Shown here: one piece after another, positions 54,039-62,426 of the stretch
How positions within the stretch are numbered: the first letter of the stretch is position 1
Layout of the letters: each line of letters starts with the position of its first letter
Assembly: GCA_918797485.1 (NCBI GenBank)
Contig: CAKKNE010000002.1
Location: 1,860,001 to 1,924,000 of the forward strand
Direction of reading: 5' to 3'
Source of the DNA: Pelagomonas calceolata
Taxonomy: Eukaryota
Length of the DNA stretch: 64,000 nucleotides
Position numbers and translations under genes: made by a program
Notes under the pieces: model-generated
What the model was told of the DNA's origin: nothing
Seen by the model: only the letters and a program-made list of their open reading frames with translations
Databases searched by the model: none

Positions 54039-55517
54039 TCAGTGGTTGTGCCCTGCGTGCGGGTCCTCGACCTCCTTGTCCCCGGAGCAGTGCGAGTGGT
54101 CGAGGAGCACGAGGCCGATCGCGACGGCTCCGATGATGAAGAGGACGGTGTTGAGGAGCTTGAGGCGCCACGTCGGGTTCTTGTGCACGAACGTCGCCGC
54201 GCACTCCGTCGCGGCGACGTAGACGTAGACGCCGCCGCTGAAGGCCAGCAGCATGCCGCGGTCGCCGTTGCCCGGCTCCAACCACAAAAACCACCAGGCC
54301 CCAATAACGACGGAGGCGCCACTCACCACATTCACGGCGAGCGCTTGTACCGTCGTGAGGCCGCCGCGCGTCACGAGCATGAAGAAGTCGCTCACTTCTT
54401 GGGCGAGCTCGTGGGCCACCGTCGACGACGCGACGGTCCAGCCCTTGGACTGCTGGCAGTCCAGAAACGCGTTGGCGATGAAGATGCCGTCCACAAAATT
54501 GTGCAGAAAGTCCGAAAGAAAAATCGCGAAGCAGAACGACGCGTCGACCTTCCTCGCGGGCCGTTCCGTGTTCACGGCGTCCGCCTTGATGATATCTGAA
54601 CTCTCGGGGCCGCCGCCGTCCTCGATCTGGCAGCACGGCTCCTCGCAGTCGTCCGCCACGTACAAATGCGACGGGTCCGCCGCCGCCGACACCATACCCA
54701 ACAAATAGCCCGCGAGCACACAAGTCCCGAAGCGCCAGTTCCCCTGCACCTCCGTCTGGTAGGAAACCGCCAACAAATGGCTCGCCTCGATCAGCAGAAG
54801 GTAGAAGGCCGTCGCCAATAAACAACCCACGGCGAAGGCCGCCACGCCCATCGTGAAGGGCTCGTTCTCCTCGAGCTTGCCCACGCCAAAGGCAAACCTC
54901 AATATCGCCCCGACGACCGTGCAGGCCAGGACCAAAAACGATGCGAGCGTCGCGTTGCGCCACGCGCGCGCGTCCTTTTTGTTTTGGTTCTTGTCGGACA
55001 ATGGTGCGGCGCACTCCGCGAGGCGCCGCCGGTGGTCGTGGCCCGCGTGGGGATCGACGCCTTCACCTAAAGTGCAGACGGGCTCCACATCAACACCGGC
55101 GGCGTCCTTGAGGTAGTGCGTCGAGACCTCGATCTCATCGAGCCCGTGCTCGAAGAAGAACGCGAAGAAGCCCGTCGCCTCTGCTAATCGCCGGCCGTGG
55201 TCGTGGCCCGCGTGCGGGTCCGTCGCCGCGGGCGTCGTTATTGTGGTCGCGCCGGCGACGAACAAGGCGCAGGCCGTGACCTCGAGATCATGCGGATTTG
55301 ACGCATTATTGTTGCACTTCGAGAGGCCGCTGGCTAATGTTTTTGCCTCGTCGAGAGCGTAATAATCCAGTGCGTCGAGGCCGACGCCGACGGCGAGCAC
55401 CTTGACGTCTATGGCTGTCGTGAAGATGTAGTTGGTCTCGGCATTGAGCTCGAAGACCGCTACACTCTCATACGCCGCCGCGCAGCCTACCAGGAGGGCT
55501 GCCCGCAGCGCGGCCAT
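54039..55517 (-). CDS. ZIP (SLC39, LIV-1-like) zinc transporter with His-rich N-terminal ectodomain
   Basis: Signal peptide, TM4 DFLHNFVDG and TM5 HELAQEVSDF. DPHAGHDH occurs twice and the C-terminus is DPHAGHNH. Confidence 0.92.
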   Translation of the reverse strand: MAALRAALLVGCAAAYESVAVFELNAETNYIFTTAIDVKVLAVGVGLDALDYYALDEAKTLASGLSKCNNNASNPHDLEVTACALFVAGATTITTPAATDPHAGHDHGRRLAEATGFFAFFFEHGLDEIEVSTHYLKDAAGVDVEPVCTLGEGVDPHAGHDHRRRLAECAAPLSDKNQNKKDARAWRNATLASFLVLACTVVGAILRFAFGVGKLEENEPFTMGVAAFAVGCLLATAFYLLLIEASHLLAVSYQTEVQGNWRFGTCVLAGYLLGMVSAAADPSHLYVADDCEEPCCQIEDGGGPESSDIIKADAVNTERPARKVDASFCFAIFLSDFLHNFVDGIFIANAFLDCQQSKGWTVASSTVAHELAQEVSDFFMLVTRGGLTTVQALAVNVVSGASVVIGAWWFLWLEPGNGDRGMLLAFSGGVYVYVAATECAATFVHKNPTWRLKLLNTVLFIIGAVAIGLVLLDHSHCSGDKEVEDPHAGHNH

Positions 55518-56005
55518 CGCGGTCGCCGTCGCTGGCAGGTGTCGACAGGCTGGGTTGCGTGCCGCACAGGTGGGGCAGCGGCTCAGGGGATGCCTGCAGG
55601 TACGCGCTCTGTGACGTGCAGCGCTTCGCGCAAGCCGGGCAGCTTTTTGCCCAAGCTCTTTGTTGGGGGTGTGGGAGCAAATACCCGAACCTTATCCCCC
55701 GCGCCGCCCCGGAGGAATCCGTGGCAGCCCGACGCCCTGCGGGCGGCGGGCGGGCAGCCCTCAGCCCACCCCCTACTTGACGCCACAACAGAAACTCGCT
55801 GTGTTAATTAGCCACTTGCACGGGAAGTACGCGAATAAGGTAACGGCCGGCGCCGTGGAGGCATTATAGCATGCGAGCGTCGCCGCGTCGTGGCTGCCCC
55901 GCGGAGCGCTTTCGCTCCTGTTGCAACAGCGACGCGCAACCGAGGCTGCCTCCCACCTGCCAGAACGTCCGCGACGCGCGCCAACGCCGCCGTCCCGCAG
56001 GCATT

Positions 56006-56686
56006 ATGTCGCTCCGCAGCCTCCTTTTCCTCGCGATCGCGGCGCCGGCCGCGGCGGAGTACGAATGGTACGGGGTGGTGAAGCTGGCGCACTCGTCGGA
56101 GTACACAATGACGATAAAGACGCTGACCGAGACCATGAACCTCTACATCGCGGAGATCAACGAAGGCGCGGCGCTCGACGTGGCAGCGCTGGACACCATC
56201 GCCGACGGCGCCGAGTCCTACATGAAGACGTACGAGGCAAGAGACGGCACCATCGCTGACGGGGACGAAATCGATGTCGGGGAACAGACGGTCGTGACGC
56301 TCACGATGGGCACCGGCGCCACAACGACGTACGAGCTCCACGTTGGGGCGCACTCCCACCGCCGCCGCCTCTCGGGCGACGACGTCTACTTCGCCATCTT
56401 CGCCGGGCACGGCATCGACGAATGGGAGGACTCGTCGGCTCACTTCCTCAAGTGCGGCGCGGGGGCAGCGTGCGGGGACGTCGCGGCCGGCGCCGACATC
56501 GAGCTGGAGTGCGTCGGTGACGTCGACCACGCGGGCCACGACCACGGCCGCCGCCTCTCGGGCGACCACGAGGAGGCCGCCCCAACGTGCGCCAAGCCGT
56601 CGTCGAGCGACGGCGCGTCGACGCCCGCGGCGGCGGTGGCGCTGGCCCTCGCCGGCCTCGCCGGCGGCCTCGCCCTCTTCCTTTAG
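56006..56686 (+). CDS. Secreted, probably GPI-anchored His-rich protein homologous to the ZIP ectodomain (226 aa)
   Basis: Signal peptide, then YEWYGVV, HSHRRRL, FAGHGIDEWE..HFLK and HAGHDHGRRL. C-terminal SSSDGAS is followed by a hydrophobic tail ending the ORF. Confidence 0.82.
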   Translation: MSLRSLLFLAIAAPAAAEYEWYGVVKLAHSSEYTMTIKTLTETMNLYIAEINEGAALDVAALDTIADGAESYMKTYEARDGTIADGDEIDVGEQTVVTLTMGTGATTTYELHVGAHSHRRRLSGDDVYFAIFAGHGIDEWEDSSAHFLKCGAGAACGDVAAGADIELECVGDVDHAGHDHGRRLSGDHEEAAPTCAKPSSSDGASTPAAAVALALAGLAGGLALFL

Positions 56687-56853
56687 GCCTACCCACCGTT
56701 CGGCTAGGTCCCCCGAGCACAAGAGTAAGACTCGACGCTGTGGGTCTCGGGGCGGCGTTTTCTGTTCAAGTTACGGTTCTTGGGTCTGCTAATTAGCTAT
56801 TAGAGAGGTTAGAGAATGAAGAGAAGAAATGCGTTTCGGAGCGCGAGTACGGG

Positions 56854-58272
56854 TTAGCATTCGGGTTCGAGTTCCTGTTCCAATTCGGGCGCCCAGCTCT
56901 GCGCCGGAGGCGGCCGCTCGGCGGCGAGGACGGCCTCGGCGGGTACCTCTTCCTCCTCGGCCGCGAAGGCCCCCGCGCCTTCGTACCCATACGGGACTTC
57001 CACTCGCACATCCGCTTTGGGTATGGGTACCAGGGGCGGCGGCGCATCGGCCTTTGAGTCCGCGGCGTGTTTGTGCCGGGCCTTGTACGCGGGGCAGCCC
57101 GCACACGCGAAGCAGCACAGCGCGACGCAGCACAAGATAAAGACGAGGGCGCCGCACGCGAGGCCGGCGACGAGGCTGACGTTTAGTTTGCAGCACGCGG
57201 ACGAAGACGAGGCACAGCAGGTGTCTTTTTGGCAGCCTATCTCTTCCATTCCCAAGACTGTCCAGTCTTTCCACCGCCCAGTCTCGAGCCAAAAAACACC
57301 GCAGTGACCGTCGTGGAGATCTTCGGCGGCGCAAGTGCCGCACCCCTGGATGTTCCTGAGTGTGTCGAGCGCCGCGACGGTGTGCGGGCAGTACCCGGGG
57401 CCCATGACGTCGGCGCTCCATTGGTAGAACCCTGGGATGCCCAGCTGAGTATTCTTCTCCGTGCAGCCGTCCTTGTCGACGAAGGAGACGCAGTCCCAAC
57501 CGGTCTGGTCCCCCTCCAGGGCTGGGTCGAGCTGGAGCGAGTACCGCGCGATGAAATCTTCCGGGCAGCAGCCGCCCGCCTGTACCTCCGCCAGGGTCGT
57601 GCCGCAGCCGTACTCGTTGTCGAATTTACTTCCGTAGACGCTGACGCAGCACTCGCCCTCGGCCGCCAAGTCCACGATGCCATCGCCGTCGTTATCCTTT
57701 GTGGCGTCGACGGCGCACTCGTTGTCGCCCGAGAGGCGGCGGCCGTGGTCGTGGCCCGAGTGGTCGACGTCACCGACGCACTCCAGCTCGATGTCGGCGC
57801 CGGGGAAGACGTCCCCGCACGCCGACGCGCCGCACTTGAGGAAGTGGACCGACGAGTCCTCCCACTCGTCGATGCCGTGCCCGGCGAAGATGGCGACGTA
57901 GACGTCGTCGCCCGAGAGGCGGCGGCGGTGGGCGTGCGCCCCGATGTGGAGCTCGTACGTCGACGTGGCGCCGGTGCCCATCGTGAGCTCCACGCATTTC
58001 TGGGTCGTGTCGATCTCGATTTCGGTGCCGTGCGCGGCCGTCGCTCCGTAACAGTACGTCTGCATGTAGGACTCGGCGCCGTCGACGATGGTGTCCAGCG
58101 CTGCCGCGTCGGGCGTCGCGCCGATTTCGGCGATGTAGAACCTCATGGTCTCGGTCAGCGTCCTTATCGTGAGGTCGTACTCCGACGAGTGCGCCAGCTT
58201 CACCACCCCGTACCACTCGTAGGCCGCGGCCGGCGCCGCGACCGCGAGGAGAAGGAGGCTGCGGAGTGCCAT
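56854..58272 (-). CDS. Type I membrane His-rich protein (472 aa): same ectodomain plus Cys-rich domain, TM and acidic tail
   Basis: The N-terminal ~180 aa are nearly identical to the 56006 gene. Cys-rich middle and TM LVAGLACGALVFILCCVALCCF. ATG at 58272. Confidence 0.82.
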   Translation of the reverse strand: MALRSLLLLAVAAPAAAYEWYGVVKLAHSSEYDLTIRTLTETMRFYIAEIGATPDAAALDTIVDGAESYMQTYCYGATAAHGTEIEIDTTQKCVELTMGTGATSTYELHIGAHAHRRRLSGDDVYVAIFAGHGIDEWEDSSVHFLKCGASACGDVFPGADIELECVGDVDHSGHDHGRRLSGDNECAVDATKDNDGDGIVDLAAEGECCVSVYGSKFDNEYGCGTTLAEVQAGGCCPEDFIARYSLQLDPALEGDQTGWDCVSFVDKDGCTEKNTQLGIPGFYQWSADVMGPGYCPHTVAALDTLRNIQGCGTCAAEDLHDGHCGVFWLETGRWKDWTVLGMEEIGCQKDTCCASSSSACCKLNVSLVAGLACGALVFILCCVALCCFACAGCPAYKARHKHAADSKADAPPPLVPIPKADVRVEVPYGYEGAGAFAAEEEEVPAEAVLAAERPPPAQSWAPELEQELEPEC

Positions 58273-58438
58273 ATTATGCACCAAGTGGGGCAGCCACAAG
58301 AGTGTGCCTCGCGCTGCGCCGGCGATTCCCAGCGGGCCAGCGCCAATTGATTCGATCCAATTAGCTGCCCCTGGCCCCAAACGCTGTCGGGTGGGCCAAG
58401 GGGGGCTAAGTTTGCCCCCCATGGCGGCGCCCGCGATT

Positions 58439-58463
58439 GCTAACGTCAGTAAGACACTAGCAA
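58439..58463 (-). promoter_or_regulatory. Recurrent upstream motif copy
   Basis: GCTAACGTCAGTAAGACACTAGCAA between divergent genes (58272 and 58688). Confidence 0.6.
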
Positions 58464-58687
58464 CCACGGCGGGCCGAGCTGCTGCTGAAACTGTTTGTGC
58501 GAGTGCTGTGACCGTACTTGTTAAAACGCGTCCTTGCAGCCCACCACCGCGCTACGGCAAGGCAACAGCAGCTAGTACTATATAGCCCTCCTCGCCACCT
58601 AGCACGCGCGCTGCCGCGGCGGAGCGGCGAGCGCGCAAAACAGACAGCCGCGGCGGAACGGCGGCGACGCGCAAAAAAAAAAAAAAG

Positions 58688-60037
58688 ATGGCCGCCTCCG
58701 TCGCCTCGGTCCTCGGCTTCGCCGAGGAGCCCGTGGCGGAAAGGAACCCCATCGCCGCGGCGTTCGGCTTCCCGGGCGCCTACTGGTGGGAGGCCGACTA
58801 TAACTTACAACAGCCGCACCGCTACGCGTCGTTTGACGCCGGGTCTGTCTCAGGAACGCCGGAGCGACGGCCCGACGCGCGGCGTTATAGCTCAACAGCA
58901 CCTGCCTGGTTTTCTGGCACTACTCCTCCCAAAAAAACTTTCACCGTGAAGCCGAAAACGCCTCCACTCACACACCTCGACTTTAGACCAAGGCGCCCTC
59001 TAGGCAAAGGCAAGTTCGGCGAGGTGTACCTGACGACGCACCAACCGTCTGGAAGATTATACGCCTTGAAAGTCTTACACAAGCGCTTATTGTACAACTC
59101 GAAGCTACGAGAACGGGCGAGGAACGAGAGACGCATCAACGGCGCGCTGGGGCCGCATCCCTTCATCATCCGGATGCAATACGCGTTCGCCACAGAACGA
59201 TGTCTTTGTTTAGTGTTGGATCTGGCGCCGTGCGGCGAGCTCTTCCAGTTAGTAAAAGTGGCCCACCCCTGGAAGAACGGCAAGACCAAGCCGGGCAAGT
59301 TCCCGGAACAGGCGGCTCGCTTCTACGTCGCCGAATGTTTATTAGCGCTCGAGTTTTTACATGAGCGACGTGTCTTATACCGTGATCTGAAGCCGGAGAA
59401 CGTCCTCATACAGCGCGACGGCCACGTCTGCATTTCTGATTTCGGTCTATCAAAACCAGGAGTGAACCATCCCCTGCGCGGCGCGCGGTCCATGTGCGGC
59501 ACGCCCGAGTACCTCGCGCCGGAGATTCTGAGAGGGTCCCACGAGCACGGGTTGGCTGTCGACTTCTGGTGTTTGGGGGCTTTATTCTACGAGTTACTCG
59601 ATGGCTATCCGCCTTGGTTCACCAAAGATAAGAAAAAGTTACTTGAAAGGGTCGCGCGGCGCGACTTGGAGCTGAAACTACCGCGAGGTCTGAAGCCGAA
59701 ATTATCAAAAGATGGGGAGCTGTGCTTAAGGGCATTGTTGCATCGGGACGCGACCGTCCGACTGGGAAGCGATGGCGACGCCCAGGCCGTCAAGGACCAC
59801 CCGTGCTTCGGCATGGTCGATTTTCAGGGTCTCGCGATGAGGCACGTCGACCCGCCCTTCCTGCCGACGCGTTTCGTGGCCGATTTGCGGAGTGACGAAG
59901 AAGTTTTATGGAGTGACGTCAAGGTCGATGCGGATCGGAAATTGCAGAGGATGGATATTAGTGATGACCGCTTCGACGAGATCTTCGCGAAGTTCGAGTA
60001 TCGGGGGGAGCGCGACGTGCTCCTCGAGGAGGCCTAA
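58688..60037 (+). CDS. AGC-family Ser/Thr protein kinase
   Basis: LGKGKFGEV, YALK, YRDLKPEN, DFG, CGTPEYLAPE and PPFLP. Confidence 0.93.
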   Translation: MAASVASVLGFAEEPVAERNPIAAAFGFPGAYWWEADYNLQQPHRYASFDAGSVSGTPERRPDARRYSSTAPAWFSGTTPPKKTFTVKPKTPPLTHLDFRPRRPLGKGKFGEVYLTTHQPSGRLYALKVLHKRLLYNSKLRERARNERRINGALGPHPFIIRMQYAFATERCLCLVLDLAPCGELFQLVKVAHPWKNGKTKPGKFPEQAARFYVAECLLALEFLHERRVLYRDLKPENVLIQRDGHVCISDFGLSKPGVNHPLRGARSMCGTPEYLAPEILRGSHEHGLAVDFWCLGALFYELLDGYPPWFTKDKKKLLERVARRDLELKLPRGLKPKLSKDGELCLRALLHRDATVRLGSDGDAQAVKDHPCFGMVDFQGLAMRHVDPPFLPTRFVADLRSDEEVLWSDVKVDADRKLQRMDISDDRFDEIFAKFEYRGERDVLLEEA

Positions 60038-61335
60038 TAAGTTCCAAACATATTACCGGACGCGTCGCAGGCTACCAATAGGCCTAGTGCGCGTCCGACA
60101 TATGCAAGGGCGATCCTTGAAAAGGGGTCGAGGGCTTTCCAGATTTCGTCGACGCGGCACGGCTCTTGCGAAACGGCGCCGAGCAACTGCGGCAGCACGG
60201 CCTGCAACTCTTCCCGCGCTTGTAATCCGCCGCGGTCGTCGCGCTCGACGTCGTCGCGGTCTTCGCCCGACCGTCTTCGTCTCACATAAACACCCCGGTC
60301 CGTGACACCCATGCCGTCGCGACCGGCCAGCGGCGCGTCCTGCGCGGCGCGGTGCGGCGCGAGGCGCTCCTTCCACGCGCCTATCACATCATTCGGCTCG
60401 ACGCCGACCACGCCGGCCAGCTTGTCGAGCTCCGCGACAGCCCGCTGCCAAGCTTTGGAACCATGCCCGTCGCACACGAGGGGCGGTGCCGCGCACCTTC
60501 TCCAGTACGTGTACTTCTCGAGGCGCGCGGCGATTTTCGCCGGCGTGCGGCCGAGCCAGCACTCCTCGGCCGCCGACGCGCACAGCTTCGCCCAGGTCCA
60601 GTCGTACGTCGCGACGGCGACGGTGGCGTGCAGCGACGGCTCCGCGCCGCAGGTCGCCGCGTGCACGAAGCCGCGGGGAACGTACAAGACGTCGCCCCGA
60701 TTTAATGTAGTTTCGACGGCCCGCGGCGCTTGAGATTCAAAGTCCGCGGGCAGCGCAAAGGCCTTGCCGGCTTGTTCGTCGTTGTTCGGGAACGAAACTG
60801 GCGGCACGGCGTACACAACCCAGGACTTCCGCCCTTCGAGCTGGACGACAAAAACATCTCGATCGTCGGCGTGCGCGTCGACGGCCTGGGCATGTGGTGG
60901 CGTGGCGTACAATTGAACATAGGCATGAGGCAGGTGCGTTCTCAGTGAAACCGAGAGCCGCCGGCACGCCTCGTCCACGCAATCCGCGCGGTTCACTATT
61001 AACGAGCATCCATCCAACCACGCGTGCGCCGCCGACGCGTAGTCGCGCGACGCGGCGCCGTCCCTCATGACGATGCCTTGGGCGGGTGGCGTTTAGGCTG
61101 CCGCAAAAATCGCGGACAGGTCGCGCCAGCGCGGCAGCGACGCTAGTATTGATGCGTCGCAGCTGCGTCTGTACAGTTCCGGCCGCTGCTCCCAGGACTC
61201 GCGGAAGAAGTACTTGGCGCTGCGGGGGCCGAGTAGCGCCTCGATGCCCAATCGTCGGCGGTTTTTCCGTTCTCTTGCGGCGGCGCGGCGCGCGCTGCGG
61301 CACCACTTTCGAGTTCTACGGCCAGCGATGGCCAT
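60034..61335 (-). CDS. JmjC/cupin-4 (ROX, NO66/MINA-like) 2-oxoglutarate oxygenase, with an in-frame TAA at 61095-61093
   Basis: FFRESWEQRP in the N-terminal part; HADDRDVFVVQLEGRKSW and GDVLYVPRGFVH in the rest. Both parts are in the same frame. Confidence 0.75.
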
Positions 61336-61554
61336 CGCTTGCTTTGGGGCTGTGCAGCCGCAAAAGCCAGCAATGCAGCCGCAAAAGCTTGCGCAGCGCA
61401 GCGCAGTATGTGCAGTGTGCTCACGTTGCTGTTCGCCGGCCCGAAAAGCAGCAGCACGCTGTCGCAGCGTAATGAGGTTTATAAATTAAAAGGTTTGATA
61501 GCCGAATAATGCAAAAGACAGCCAGCGCTGCACCAATTCAGCTGTAGCGCCGGC

Positions 61555-61579
61555 TTGCTAGTATCTTACTGCCGCTAGC
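61555..61579 (+). promoter_or_regulatory. Recurrent upstream motif copy
   Basis: TTGCTAGTATCTTACTGCCGCTAGC between the divergent JmjC and Rab genes. Confidence 0.65.
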
Positions 61580-61732
61580 ACACCGTACCGGCCATCGCTT
61601 TCCTTGCCGCCTGTACGGCGGTTACGACTCATACGACTGGCCCGCATTTCTTAGATTAACCCGGTGCGCTGCCCGCTGCTCCTGAACTGGTAATTTTGGC
61701 GCCTCGGGGGCCGCCACAAGCACCGAGGCACT

Positions 61733-62383
61733 ATGACAGCCATTTTCAACTCCGCGGCGGCCCCGAAGAGCTACGAGTTCAAGGTCGTGCTGTTAGGCGA
61801 CCGCGGCGTCGGCAAGACCTGTCTGGTACTACGATTCATCGAGGGCCTGTACAACGCGCGGCAGCAGTCGACGATCGGGGCGTTTTTCCTCACCAAAAAA
61901 ATAAAAACCGCAAGAGGCGACGACTGCAAGATCCAGATCTGGGACACGGCGGGCCAGGAGCGGTTTCGGGCCATGGCGCCCATGTACTACCGCAACGCGG
62001 CGGCGGCCGTGGTCTGCTTCGACGGGACGGACCAACGGACGTTCCAGACGATGCGGACCTGGGTCGAGGAGCTGCGCGCGAACGTCGACGATAAGAAGCT
62101 TGTCATTGCGATCGCGATCACGAAGAGTGATTTGGACGAGAATCGGGCCGAGACGCGACGAAAAGCCGAGGAGTTCGCTTCCAGCATAAACGACGCGTTG
62201 GTGCTGGAGACGTCGGCGAAGAACGATGTTGGGGTCAGAGAGCTCTTCGCGACCGTCGCGGAGCGCGTGATCGAGTTGCGGGGCGAGGAGCTCCTCGCGG
62301 CGTCCGACCGACAAAGGGGCCTGTCCCTGAAAACCGAGCGGGCGCCGGCGCGGGAGCCCGAGCCGTCCAATAGTTGCTGTTAA
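61733..62383 (+). CDS. Rab GTPase (Rab5/Rab22-related)
   Basis: GDRGVGKT, STIGAFF, WDTAGQERF, TKSD, ETSAK and C-terminal CC. Confidence 0.93.
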   Translation: MTAIFNSAAAPKSYEFKVVLLGDRGVGKTCLVLRFIEGLYNARQQSTIGAFFLTKKIKTARGDDCKIQIWDTAGQERFRAMAPMYYRNAAAAVVCFDGTDQRTFQTMRTWVEELRANVDDKKLVIAIAITKSDLDENRAETRRKAEEFASSINDALVLETSAKNDVGVRELFATVAERVIELRGEELLAASDRQRGLSLKTERAPAREPEPSNSCC

Positions 62384-62426
62384 AAATTATACACAAGTTA
62401 GTATGACTACCAGTGGCTCCCATCGT

